Shown here: positions 15,304 through 24,624 of the stretch, piece by piece | How positions within the stretch are numbered: position 1 is the first letter of the stretch | Layout: each line of letters starts with the position of its first letter | Assembly (NCBI RefSeq): GCF_015594625.1 | Contig: NZ_JADNRQ010000002.1 | Span: 260,563-292,562, forward strand | DNA: 32,000 nucleotides | Source: Desulfallas sp. Bu1-1 | GTDB lineage: Bacteria; Bacillota; Desulfotomaculia; Desulfotomaculales; Desulfallaceae | Direction: 5' to 3' | Notes under the pieces: generated by a model | The model's database searches: none | Seen by the model: the letters and a program-made list of their open reading frames with translations, nothing else | Told to the model about the DNA's origin: nothing | Program-made: the position numbers and the translations under genes

Positions 15304-16341
15304 TCAGGCCTCCAACCCGCGCAGAGCCAGGCCGATACTTACGGCAAAGTCCGGATATTCCCGTTCCGGGCTGATATTGTTAGCCCCACCCTGCCCTTTT
15401 ATTCTGGCCAGGGGGTTTATTATTTCCACCGGCAGGTCCAGCGCCGCCTCCAGCAGTTCCGGCAACCCCGCAAAACGTGCACCGCGCCCGCTGAGAACCA
15501 GCTTGTCCGGAGGGGCCGCGTTGGGCTGAGCAAGATAATAGCTGATAGACGATCTAATTTCGCCGGCCAGTGCCGCTGCCCAATCATCCTGTGCATTTCC
15601 AGCGTTATCATTGCTCTCCGCCGTTGAAGCCACCTGGCTCATCGCCTGTTCCAGGACCGTGTCCATGGGATAACGCTGTTCACGGGCATATGTTTGCAAG
15701 GAAAGCGGCACCACCCGCGCAAAGCGTGGAAAACCACCGGCAATTAACAGCAGCGCGGTTAAGCCGTTGGATATATCAACCAGGGCTGCACTGGCATCCA
15801 ATTGATCTTCCGGCAATGTACGCATTAGCGCCAGGGGGGAAGCGTCTATAATTACCGGTTTCAGGGAAGCTTCCGTTAAAGCCTGGATACTTTTATCCAG
15901 AAAATCCCGCCTGGCCGCCACCAGCAGCACCTCCAGCTCGGGACCGTTCTCCCCGTTATATTCGCTGATTACCGAGTGGTCGAGCACCAGCTGAGAAAGC
16001 GGAATCGGAAAATATTCTCCAGCATGAAAACGCAGCGCCCGGGCCAGCTTTTTCTCGGGCACTTTCGGAAACCTGGCCAGCCTCATGAGCACCCCTTGAT
16101 TGGAAATACCTAGAACAACTTCGCGCTTCTTAATCCGGGCTTTCGACCACAACTCGTCCAAAGCTTCCGCCACCGGGGTGACTTCCATCACCACCCCTTC
16201 GGACACCGCGTGCTCGGGAATGGTAATCTCCTCTAATGCGGTCAAGGAGAATGAACGCATTGTGCCTTTAATTTCAGCAACCCGAACAACCCCGGTGTCC
16301 AGTTCCAGGCCCACCGCCCCTGCCGGTTTGAAAAATCCCAA
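15304..16341 (-). CDS. pilM: type IV pilus assembly ATPase-fold protein PilM
   Basis: Actin-like fold motifs (GLELDTGVVRVAEI, VDISNGLTALL, LSGRGA). TTG start with AAGGAG upstream. Confidence 0.9.
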   Translation of the reverse strand: MGFFKPAGAVGLELDTGVVRVAEIKGTMRSFSLTALEEITIPEHAVSEGVVMEVTPVAEALDELWSKARIKKREVVLGISNQGVLMRLARFPKVPEKKLARALRFHAGEYFPIPLSQLVLDHSVISEYNGENGPELEVLLVAARRDFLDKSIQALTEASLKPVIIDASPLALMRTLPEDQLDASAALVDISNGLTALLLIAGGFPRFARVVPLSLQTYAREQRYPMDTVLEQAMSQVASTAESNDNAGNAQDDWAAALAGEIRSSISYYLAQPNAAPPDKLVLSGRGARFAGLPELLEAALDLPVEIINPLARIKGQGGANNISPEREYPDFAVSIGLALRGLEA

Positions 16342-16420
16342 AAGTAATCATCTCCTTCAACTTTAATTGGAAGTCAGGATAGGGCTTGGGCAATCAAATT
16401 AAGGCTCCTTGCCGGCATTT

Positions 16421-17629
16421 TTACCTCCCTACAGAGGTGACTACGTTAAATATGGGCAGGTAGACGGCAATAACGATACCGCCGATGATAAAGCCGACAA
16501 AGATAATTAACACCGGCTCGATAAGCGCGGTCAATCCTTTGGTCATGGTGGACACTTCTTCCTCGTAGAACTCGGCCACCTTGGCAAGCAACGTGGAAAG
16601 ATCGCCGGTTTCTTCCCCGACAGCCACCATATTGGTGACCATCGGCGGGAAAAACCCGCTCTTCTCCAGGGGTAAGGCAATGCTCTGTCCTTCTTGAATC
16701 CCTGCCCCGGTCTGTTTGACCGCTTCGGTGACCCGGATACTACCGGACGCCGGGCCGGCGGCATCCAGTGCCTGCAGCACCGGGATACCCCCGGCAAGGA
16801 GTGTGGCCAGTGTACGGCAAAAGCGGGCGATGGTAGCCTTTTTAAAAAGCTCGCCGAAAACAGGCAGTTTAAATTTAATGTAATCCCACGCCCGTTTGCC
16901 GGAATCGCTGCCGGCATATAAGCGCAAACCGGTGACAACCAGGATAAAAAACAGCAGGTAAATATACCAGAAATTACGCAGCGAATCGCTTAAAGCAATG
17001 ATAATCCTGGTGGGCAGGGGCAGGGCCACACCGGTTGGAAAGAAATTCATAAATATGGGAACGATGAAAAACATCATCGCCAGCACGACACAGGTGGCAA
17101 AGAGCACAATGACAACCGGATAAAAAGTGGCGGAACGAATATGATCCCGCAGGCTTTTATCCCGCTCAAGCTGTTCGGAAAGGCGTTTCAGCATTTCTTC
17201 CAGCGAGCCGCCTATTTCTCCCGCTTTAACCATGTCAACGTACATGGTGGAAAAAACATCCGGGTGGGCAAGCAGCGACTCGGAAAAACTTGCCCCGCTT
17301 TCCACATTGCGCGCGACCTCGCCGGTAACACGGCTCAAGGTGGGGTTTGTTGTCTGTTCGTGCAACGTATAAAGACAGCGAGTCAACGGGATGCCGGCTG
17401 CAAGCATGGCCGCCAGCTGCCGGCTGAAAAAGCTGAGATCCCCGATACCGACTTTTCGCCGCATCTCAAATGCTTTCTTAAATTGGGACTGTTTCACTTC
17501 CGACAAATCAACAACGGTGTAGCCCATCCTGCGCAACCGTGCAGCAGCCGTCAATTCATGCTCGGCTTCCAGCTTACCCGTTATTGAAACCCCTGTCCTG
17601 TCATACGCTTGATAAGCATATAAGGGCAT
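16421..17629 (-). CDS. pilC: type IV pilus platform protein PilC (GspF family)
   Basis: Two GspF repeats, three TM segments, 402 aa. Confidence 0.92.
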   Translation of the reverse strand: MPLYAYQAYDRTGVSITGKLEAEHELTAAARLRRMGYTVVDLSEVKQSQFKKAFEMRRKVGIGDLSFFSRQLAAMLAAGIPLTRCLYTLHEQTTNPTLSRVTGEVARNVESGASFSESLLAHPDVFSTMYVDMVKAGEIGGSLEEMLKRLSEQLERDKSLRDHIRSATFYPVVIVLFATCVVLAMMFFIVPIFMNFFPTGVALPLPTRIIIALSDSLRNFWYIYLLFFILVVTGLRLYAGSDSGKRAWDYIKFKLPVFGELFKKATIARFCRTLATLLAGGIPVLQALDAAGPASGSIRVTEAVKQTGAGIQEGQSIALPLEKSGFFPPMVTNMVAVGEETGDLSTLLAKVAEFYEEEVSTMTKGLTALIEPVLIIFVGFIIGGIVIAVYLPIFNVVTSVGR

Positions 17630-17674
17630 ACTATCACCCTTCCTCCGGGCACTATGTAATAACTGGTTATCGTA

Positions 17675-18760
17675 TTACAGGTAGTTTCTCCGCAGCGCCC
17701 TTTCCAGCTCGGTCCGGTCAACACAACGTGCCAGGGCCGTTTCCCGGCTAATGACCCCGGCCAGGCATAAATCGGCCAGGGCCTGGTCCATGGTCTGCAT
17801 ACCCATGTTTCGCCCGGTTTGCATCACCGTGTACAGCTGGTGCTCTTTACCCTCCCGGATTAAATTTTTCACCGCCGGGGAGGTAAGCAATAATTCCACG
17901 ACAGCCACTCTACCCTGACCGATCTCCTTCGGAATCAGCTGCTGGGCTATGACGCCCTGCAGCGAATCGGCAAGCTGTTGTCTGATCTGGCTGCGGGTAC
18001 CCTCCGGGAATACATCTATAATACGGTGCACGGCAAGGGTCGCGGTTTGGGTGTGCAACGTTGAGAACACAAGGTGCCCGGTTTCAGCGGCAGTAAGGGC
18101 AATGGAAATACTCTCCAGATCCCGCATTTCCCCAATCATGATCACATCGGGGTCATGGCGCAGCACGTGCCGGAGGGCATTGGCAAAGGAATGAGTATCA
18201 TTGCCTACTTCCCGCTGTTTAATTATGGATTTTTTATGACTGTGTAAAAATTCAATGGGATCTTCCACTGTGACAATATTCAAGCAGCGCTCTTCATTGA
18301 TCAGGTTAATAATTGACGCCAGGGTAGTCGATTTGCCGCTGCCGGTCGGCCCGGTAACAAGCACCAGGCCGCGCGGCAGGCGGGCCAGTTCCTTAACCGC
18401 CGGCGGGAGGCCCAAATCTTCCAGGCGCGGTATATTCATGGCCACCACCCGGAAATTGACGGCCAGCGAACCGCGCTGCCACATGATGTTACACCGGAAA
18501 CGGCTGACACCGCGAATTGAATGCGAAAAATCCAGCTCCAGGTCTTTTTCCAGCTTCTCCCTGTGGTGGGGCCCAAGAACGGGAAAAATAAGATCTTCTA
18601 TATCCTGGGGCATTAAAACCGGGAGATCCTCCATTGGAACCAGTTCCCCGAATACACGAACAACCGGTCGGGAGCCTGCCGTGAGGTGAAGATCGGAGCC
18701 TTTCATTTCCACCGCGCGAGCCAGGATTTGATTGAGATCCGGCAGATTTTGTTGAATCAT
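17675..18760 (-). CDS. pilT: twitching-motility retraction ATPase PilT
   Basis: GPTGSGKSTT Walker A, Asp box, VIMIGEMRD Walker B, His box TGHLVFSTLHT, 361 aa. Confidence 0.93.
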   Translation of the reverse strand: MIQQNLPDLNQILARAVEMKGSDLHLTAGSRPVVRVFGELVPMEDLPVLMPQDIEDLIFPVLGPHHREKLEKDLELDFSHSIRGVSRFRCNIMWQRGSLAVNFRVVAMNIPRLEDLGLPPAVKELARLPRGLVLVTGPTGSGKSTTLASIINLINEERCLNIVTVEDPIEFLHSHKKSIIKQREVGNDTHSFANALRHVLRHDPDVIMIGEMRDLESISIALTAAETGHLVFSTLHTQTATLAVHRIIDVFPEGTRSQIRQQLADSLQGVIAQQLIPKEIGQGRVAVVELLLTSPAVKNLIREGKEHQLYTVMQTGRNMGMQTMDQALADLCLAGVISRETALARCVDRTELERALRRNYL

Positions 18761-20436
18761 TGTACCACCCTCATTAATTCTTCCAGTGAAGTAACGCCCT
18801 GTTTCACCTTCACCAGTCCATCCCGGCGCAGGGTAACCATCCCTTCGGCAACCGCGGTCGCCTTAATATCCTTTGCTGACTTTCGCTCAAGGGTCAGGCG
18901 CTGGATGCTTTCAGTGACAAACAGGAGTTCATAGATGCCGGTTCTACCCCGGTAACCCGTATTACTACAACGCATACATCCCCTGGGGCGGTAAAGCTTT
19001 AAGGTTGTTTCATTTTCATCCAGGGGAAAATCCGGTATATCCAGCAATTTTTCCAGCGTTAGCTCATAAGGTTCTTTACAGTTGGGACAAAGCACCCGGA
19101 CCAGGCGCTGGGCCATAATACATACCACGGACGATGCGGTTAAAAACGGTTCTATACCCATTTCGGCCAGGCGGGTAATGGCACCGGCGGCATCATTGGT
19201 ATGCAGCGTTGAAAAAACCAGGTGACCCGTCAGGGCCGATTCGATGGCTAACTTTGCGGTCTCTTTATCTCTGATTTCACCAACCATGATAATATCCGGG
19301 TCACTGCGCAGGATCGACCGTAATCCTGACGCAAAGGTAAGCCCGGCCTTGGGATTAATCTGAATTTGATTAATCCCATCCATGCGGTATTCAACAGGGT
19401 CTTCAATAGTGATGACGTTTTTCGCCACTTTATCCACTGTAGCCAGGCTGGCGTAAAGCGTGGTGCTCTTGCCGCTACCCGTGGGGCCGGTGACCAAAAT
19501 ACAACCATAAGGGAGGTTGATTATTTCCCGGTACTTTTCCAGGATTTCAGGGGTAACACCAAGTTCTTCAAGGGTAATCATTTTAGACGAGCGGTCCAGG
19601 AGCCGCAAGGTTAACCGTTCACCGAAGCTGGCGGGCAGCGAAGCAACCCGGGCGTCAATGGTCCGCCCCTCGATTTTCAGTGACACCCGCCCGTCCTGGG
19701 GTATCCTGCGCTCGGCAATGTTCATGTTAGCCATAATTTTTATCCGTGAAACCAGTGAAGCGTGCATTTGCCCGGGCAGTTGCATGATGTCATGCAAAAC
19801 GCCGTCAATTCTGAAACGCACCCGCACATAGTTTTCATATGGTTCGATATGTATGTCACTCGCCTTGGTGCCAACCGCCTGGGCCAGAATCATGTTGGCC
19901 AGCTGCACGGCAGGCTTGGCGGCAGATTCTTCCTCTTCAAGGGTAATATCCTCTTCCTTTTGTTCCTCATTATCCAATTGATCAAACTCCATACCGGCAC
20001 GGGTATATTTTTCTATTGCGGCGCTCAATTCACTATCCGGCACAACCACCGGTTTAATGTCATACCCGGTGAGAATGCGCAGGTCGTCAATAGCCATGAT
20101 ATTATCAGGGTGCTGCATAGCCACGGTGAGCTTGTCACCATTGAAAGCAATAGGCAAAACATTATATCTTTTTAAAGCCTCCGCCGGCAATGTGGCCACA
20201 GCGGCGGGATCAATCCGGAAATTTTCCAGTGAAATAAATGGAACACCGGCGCGCTTGGCAATTACCCTGGCTATGTCGTCTTCAGTGCAATATCCCAGCT
20301 TCACCAGTACTTTGCCGAGATAATTTTGTTTATCTTTACTCAGTTTTTGATTATTCAGGGCTTCATTTAATTGTTCTTCTGTTATTACACCTTCTTTAAC
20401 CAGCCATGTCCCAAGAAAATTTTTTGCAAATTTCAT
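18757..20436 (-). CDS. pilB: type IV pilus assembly ATPase PilB (GspE family) with MshEN-type N-terminal domain
   Basis: GPTGSGKSTT, IIMVGEIRD, TGHLVFSTLHT and the tetracysteine CPNC...CMRC. The N-terminus has two LGxxLVxxG repeats. I prefer the ATG at 20436; a GTG lies at 20439. Confidence 0.93.
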   Translation of the reverse strand: MKFAKNFLGTWLVKEGVITEEQLNEALNNQKLSKDKQNYLGKVLVKLGYCTEDDIARVIAKRAGVPFISLENFRIDPAAVATLPAEALKRYNVLPIAFNGDKLTVAMQHPDNIMAIDDLRILTGYDIKPVVVPDSELSAAIEKYTRAGMEFDQLDNEEQKEEDITLEEEESAAKPAVQLANMILAQAVGTKASDIHIEPYENYVRVRFRIDGVLHDIMQLPGQMHASLVSRIKIMANMNIAERRIPQDGRVSLKIEGRTIDARVASLPASFGERLTLRLLDRSSKMITLEELGVTPEILEKYREIINLPYGCILVTGPTGSGKSTTLYASLATVDKVAKNVITIEDPVEYRMDGINQIQINPKAGLTFASGLRSILRSDPDIIMVGEIRDKETAKLAIESALTGHLVFSTLHTNDAAGAITRLAEMGIEPFLTASSVVCIMAQRLVRVLCPNCKEPYELTLEKLLDIPDFPLDENETTLKLYRPRGCMRCSNTGYRGRTGIYELLFVTESIQRLTLERKSAKDIKATAVAEGMVTLRRDGLVKVKQGVTSLEELMRVVQ

Positions 20437-20543
20437 CACAACTTAACCTCATGGGATAAATATTAACAGATTTTTTATTGTCAATTATTTTCTCGAAAAG
20501 CAATTATTCTCCTTCTTGACGGGCCATATTGTCACACCTAAAT

Positions 20544-20583
20544 ACAAAAAACAAAAAGTGCGGTATTAAACAATTGCCCGCAC
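20544..20583 (-). terminator. intrinsic terminator forming the expression platform of the leader RNA
   Basis: The minus strand reads GUGCGG, a 14-nt loop, CCGCAC, then UUUUUGUUUUUUG. The stem can extend to AGGUGCGG/CCGCACUU. Confidence 0.75.
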
Positions 20584-20667
20584 CTGGTTGCCCGGCCGCC
20601 ATAGCATTATGCCTTAGGCCCGTAACTCTGCGCCCGCTCCTTTCGGAACGTTTGCCTTTTTCAGGTA
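20582..20667 (-). promoter_or_regulatory. candidate c-di-GMP-I (GEMM-I) riboswitch aptamer in the pilB leader
   Basis: ACCUG-AAAAAGGCAAA-[CGUUCC GAAA GGAGCG]-GGCGCAGAG-UUACGGG-CCUAAG-GCAUAAUGC-UAUGG-CGGCCGGGCAAC-CAGGU. It has a GAAA tetraloop hairpin, both halves of the 11-nt tetraloop receptor, a closing helix, and GGCAAAC and CGCA.AG blocks like the Vc2 aptamer. Confidence 0.65.
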
Positions 20668-20713
20668 AGTAAATTGGAAATTGAAATATTAAAAAATAGT
20701 AAATTTTGGTCTA

Positions 20714-20742
20714 ATTATAAGAGAAAAATGGACCAAAAACAA
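20714..20742 (-). promoter_or_regulatory. candidate sigma-A promoter for the pil leader
   Basis: On the minus strand: TTGTTT (20742-20737), 17 nt spacer, TATAAT (20719-20714). It lies about 40 nt upstream of the aptamer. Confidence 0.35.
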
Positions 20743-20774
20743 TAGCTGCCTCTTACAATTTATACGAGACAGCT
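20733..20774 (-). terminator. rho-independent terminator after aroB
   Basis: The minus strand reads AGCUGUCUC, a 13-nt loop, GAGGCAGCU (one G-U pair), then AUUGUUUUUGG. It starts 10 nt after the aroB stop. Confidence 0.6.
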
Positions 20775-20783
20775 TAATAGTGG

Positions 20784-21875
20784 CTAATCCTTGCTCTCAG
20801 CAATGGCTTGCAATATTTTTTCACGGCGAATGTTTCTTTCAATACTTACTTTGCCGATGGTGCGTGGTAAAATAAATGTTATTTCGTCGTTATAAACTTT
20901 TTTATCCCTGGCCATTGCCTCCAGCATATCGCTATCCCGGAGCGCCCCGGGCACTTTTAGCGGCAAGCCGGCTTTTTCTATTAGTTTATTTATTCTAAAT
21001 TCTTCCTCATAGCTCATTTGTTTCAGGTTCACAGCCAGCCTGGAAGCTGCTGCCATGCCGATGGCCACCGCCTCGCCATGGCGATATTCCGTATAACCGG
21101 TTAAAGCCTCCACCGCATGCCCCACCGTGTGCCCGAAATTCAGCACAGCCCGGCTGCCCTGTTCGGTTTCATCCTCTTCCACCACCGCAGCCTTAATGCG
21201 GCAGGACATTACCACGACATAAGCCATAGCATCAGAATCAAGTGTTAAAACTTTTTCAACATTATCTTCCAGCCAGGTAAAAAAGGAAGCATCTTTTATC
21301 ACACCGTACTTGATTACTTCGGCCAGCCCGGACCGCACCTCGCGGCTGTCCAGGGTGCGCAGCGTGCCCGTATCGGATATCACCAGCGCGGGCTGGTAAA
21401 ACGCGCCGATGATGTTCTTGCCCCGGGGGTGGTTTACCGCCACTTTCCCCCCCACACTGCTGTCCACCTGGGCCAGGAGCGTGGTGGGCACTTGTATGAA
21501 AGGCACGCCCCGCATGTAAGTGGCGGCCACAAAGCCGGCCAGATCGCCGATCACCCCGCCGCCCAGCGCGACCACCGGGCACTGCCTGTCCAGGCCGGCG
21601 TCAAATGCCCGGTCATAAAGGAACTCCGCGCTTTGCAGGGTTTTATACTGCTCCCCGTCGGGAACCTCGGCCCGGACAACCTCGAAGCCCGCCTGCTCCA
21701 GGCTGGCGGCCACCCGGCCGGCATAAAGGTTCCCCACCACCGGGTTGGTTACCAGCAGCGCCTTACGGCCGGCACTCACCCCGGCGATCAACTCTCCGGC
21801 CCGCTCCAGCAGCCCGTTGCCGATCATAATTTGATAAGACCGGTTGCCCAGATCAATACCAACTTCTTTCATCAT
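20784..21875 (-). CDS. aroB: 3-dehydroquinate synthase
   Basis: GGGVIGDLAGF, KVAVNHP.GKN and FGHTVGHA motifs. The ATG at 21875 follows AAGGGA and lies just after the aroK stop. The ORF track's start at 21914 overlaps aroK. Confidence 0.92.
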   Translation of the reverse strand: MMKEVGIDLGNRSYQIMIGNGLLERAGELIAGVSAGRKALLVTNPVVGNLYAGRVAASLEQAGFEVVRAEVPDGEQYKTLQSAEFLYDRAFDAGLDRQCPVVALGGGVIGDLAGFVAATYMRGVPFIQVPTTLLAQVDSSVGGKVAVNHPRGKNIIGAFYQPALVISDTGTLRTLDSREVRSGLAEVIKYGVIKDASFFTWLEDNVEKVLTLDSDAMAYVVVMSCRIKAAVVEEDETEQGSRAVLNFGHTVGHAVEALTGYTEYRHGEAVAIGMAAASRLAVNLKQMSYEEEFRINKLIEKAGLPLKVPGALRDSDMLEAMARDKKVYNDEITFILPRTIGKVSIERNIRREKILQAIAESKD

Positions 21876-21876
21876 C

Positions 21877-22392
21877 TCAGCATCCCTTTTGCCTGACATA
21901 CTTGTAGAGTTCATTCAACGCTTCATGAAAGGACAGCTTGCCGGTGTCAATGGTGTATTCAGCCACGTCGTAAACTCCCTCCCGCTCCCGCAACAGTTTC
22001 AACACGTTTTCCCGGAGGTCGCCCCGGTGCAGCAGCGGCCTGTGTTTTTTATTTTTGACCCGGCTTACAATCACCTCGGGATCGGCCCGCAACCCGATCA
22101 GTATCCCGTTTTGCCCGAGCAGGGCCACATTTTCTTCGTTAAGCACCATGCCGCCACCGGTGGCGATGACCAGGCCGGACTGGCCGGCCAGTTTACGGGC
22201 CAGGAGATTTTCCTCCGAGCGGAACCTGATCACACCGTCCCGGCGAAAAATTTGTGCCACGGTTTTACCGGTTACTTCTTCGATGGCCTGGTCGGTATCG
22301 ATGAACCGGTACCCCAGCCGCCTGGCAAGCTGGCGGCCCAGTGAAGTTTTACCCGTGCCCATAAAGCCGATCAATACAATATTTTTTTTCAT
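21877..22392 (-). CDS. aroK: shikimate kinase
   Basis: MKKNIVLIGFMGTGKTSLGRQLARRLGYRFIDTD; 171 aa. Confidence 0.92.
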   Translation of the reverse strand: MKKNIVLIGFMGTGKTSLGRQLARRLGYRFIDTDQAIEEVTGKTVAQIFRRDGVIRFRSEENLLARKLAGQSGLVIATGGGMVLNEENVALLGQNGILIGLRADPEVIVSRVKNKKHRPLLHRGDLRENVLKLLREREGVYDVAEYTIDTGKLSFHEALNELYKYVRQKGC

Positions 22393-22414
22393 TTTGCTCC
22401 TTTCCGGCGCTCTT

Positions 22415-23575
22415 TTAAATTCCCATCAGGTACTCCCGGTACAGGCGCACCCGTTCCGCAATTTCGCGCATGGTGTCTCCCCCGAATTTCTCCAGCATCG
22501 CCGCCGCCAGTTCCCATGCCGTAACCGCCTCGCCCACCACGCAGGCGGCGGGCACGGCGCAAGTGTCGGATCTTTCCACCGATGCCTCAAATGGTTCTTT
22601 GGTCTCAATGTCAACACTGCGCAGCGGCCTGTATAAGGTTGGGATAGGTTTCATGGCCGCCCTGACCAGCAAAACTTCACCGTTGGACATACCGCCCTCG
22701 ATGCCGCCGGCGTTGTTGGTTTTCCGGTAAAACCCCTTTTGCGGCGCGTAAAAAATTTCATCGTGCACCTCGGAACCACGGCGTGCAGCCGCGGCAAATC
22801 CGGCGCCCACCTCAACCCCCTTGATGGCCTGGATGCTCATCAGCGCCCCGGCCAGCCTGCCGTCCAGCGTCCGGTCCCGCTGGGTATAGCTACCCAGTCC
22901 CGGCGGCAACCCGAACACTTTTATTTCAAAGATGCCGCCCAGGGTGTCACCGGCCGTTCGGGCGCGTTCAATCTCACGGATCATCTCTTCGGAAGCGAGA
23001 TCGTCCGCGCAATATACTTCGGATTTGCGCGCGGCGGCGGCCAGTTCACCGGCGGGCAGTTCCGTTGCCCGCGCCTTGACCCCGCCTATTTGCACCACCG
23101 TTCCAACGATAATAACGCCAAGTTCCTCCAGCAACCGGCGGGCCACGCTGCCGGCAGCCACCCTGGCCGCCGTTTCACGGGCGCTGGACCGTTCCAGCAC
23201 ATTGCGCATGTCCCGGTGCCCGTACTTCATGCTTCCGGTCAAGTCGGCGTGGCCCGGCCTGGGCCTTGACACCGCCCGGGCCGCCAGGTCGGCCTCCGGC
23301 CCCGGCGCCATAACCCGGCGCCAGTTCTCCCAGTCCCTGTTTTCCACCACCAGCGTCACCGGGCTGCCCATGGTCAGGCCGCCCCTTACCCCGGAGGTAA
23401 TTTTCACCCGGTCCCGCTCAATTTTCATTCGCCCACCCCGGCCGTATCCCCCCTGGCGGCGGGCCAGCTGTTCATCGATGTATTCACTTGTCAGGGGAAG
23501 CCCCGCCGGTAAACCGTCCACGATGGCGGTAAGGGAGGGGCCATGGGATTCCCCCGCGGTAAGGTAGCGCAGCAA
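22415..23575 (-). CDS. aroC: chorismate synthase
   Basis: [15 protein letters not shown]...GRSSARETA...; 386 aa. Confidence 0.95.
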   Translation of the reverse strand: MLRYLTAGESHGPSLTAIVDGLPAGLPLTSEYIDEQLARRQGGYGRGGRMKIERDRVKITSGVRGGLTMGSPVTLVVENRDWENWRRVMAPGPEADLAARAVSRPRPGHADLTGSMKYGHRDMRNVLERSSARETAARVAAGSVARRLLEELGVIIVGTVVQIGGVKARATELPAGELAAAARKSEVYCADDLASEEMIREIERARTAGDTLGGIFEIKVFGLPPGLGSYTQRDRTLDGRLAGALMSIQAIKGVEVGAGFAAAARRGSEVHDEIFYAPQKGFYRKTNNAGGIEGGMSNGEVLLVRAAMKPIPTLYRPLRSVDIETKEPFEASVERSDTCAVPAACVVGEAVTAWELAAAMLEKFGGDTMREIAERVRLYREYLMGI

Positions 23576-23737
23576 TTATTTCAACCCCCTATTTTTCATA
23601 ACCCGCGATTCCGGCAACCAAAGAGCCGGTCTGTGCTGATAAATTGCCCGGTACTAGTGTTCCGCGCACAGGTGATAACTTTTCATTATTTCTGCCGGCG
23701 CCGCGTCACAGCGATATGGGCGTCAATACCGATGCTT

Positions 23738-24610
23738 CTATTCTGAAATGCCCGTCTGCTTGTACAATTCACGGCGCATCACTTCCACCGGAGCGGCCAG
23801 CCCGGTCCATTCTTCCAGGGCAAGCACTCCCTGGTACAACAACATGCTCAGCCCGTTGGCTACAACCGCGCCGTTGCGGGCGCCCCTAACCATAAAGGGC
23901 GTGCGGGGCGGGTTGTATACGGTGTCGTATGCCAGCTGGCCTTTGCCGGGCAAATCGCCTGGTAACGGAAATTCTTCCACCGCTCCGCCGGCCATGCCCA
24001 CGGGAGTGCAATTGACCAGCAGCGCGGACCGCCGGGTAAATTCCTCCAGTTGCCGGTCCCCGGCGTCCCAGTGAAACGCGCGCGCTTGCGTTCCCGTGGC
24101 CGCGGCCACCATTTCAGCCAGTTTGAGCGCTTTTTCAAACCGGCGGTTCACCACGGCCAGTTCCGGGCAACCCGACCGGGCCAGCGCCACGGCTATCGCC
24201 CTGGCCGCGCCGCCCGCCCCAAAGATCACCGCCGGGCCCTTACCGGGGTCAAACTGGTAATCCTCCCGCAGCGCCTTGATCAAGCCGGGCCCGTCGGTAT
24301 TATGGCCGGTTAAAACGCCTCGCCGGTTGATAATGGTATTAACGGCCCCGTATAATTTCGCCTCACCGGTAAGTTCATCCAGGTGGGGGATAACCGCTTC
24401 CTTGTAAGGCACCGTTACGTTTACCCCGGCAATACCCAGTGCCCGGATGCCGGCCACCGCTTCCCCCAGCTTTTCCGGCGGAGGACAAAACGGCACGTAA
24501 ACACAATTGATCCCCAGTTCCCGCATGGCGGCATTGTGCATGGCCGGTGAAAAACTGTGCGCCACGGGATTGCCGATGATACCGTAGACAACGGTTTTAC
24601 CGTTAATCAT
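23738..24610 (-). CDS. aroE: shikimate dehydrogenase
   Basis: YGIIGNPVAHSFSPAMHNAA, NVTVPYK, GAGGAARA; 290 aa. Confidence 0.93.
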   Translation of the reverse strand: MINGKTVVYGIIGNPVAHSFSPAMHNAAMRELGINCVYVPFCPPPEKLGEAVAGIRALGIAGVNVTVPYKEAVIPHLDELTGEAKLYGAVNTIINRRGVLTGHNTDGPGLIKALREDYQFDPGKGPAVIFGAGGAARAIAVALARSGCPELAVVNRRFEKALKLAEMVAAATGTQARAFHWDAGDRQLEEFTRRSALLVNCTPVGMAGGAVEEFPLPGDLPGKGQLAYDTVYNPPRTPFMVRGARNGAVVANGLSMLLYQGVLALEEWTGLAAPVEVMRRELYKQTGISE

Positions 24611-24624
24611 AACAAGCCCCCTGA

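Noticed and set aside
20455-20484. Second promoter (TTGACA with a weak -10, ATTTAT or TATTTA) between the riboswitch terminator and pilB
   Set aside because: The -35 is perfect but the -10 is poor. I do not call it a feature. If it is active it would bypass the riboswitch, so it should be tested alongside the riboswitch finding.
21262-23567. Multiple long ORFs in alternative frames and on the opposite strand across aroB, aroK and aroC
   Set aside because: They are typical GC-rich shadow frames with Pro/Arg/Gly-rich translations. The aro genes account for the coding signal.
23576-23737. T-box or other leader RNA between aroE and aroC
   Set aside because: At 162 nt it is too short for a T-box. 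I could find no specifier or T-box motif and no terminator hairpin.
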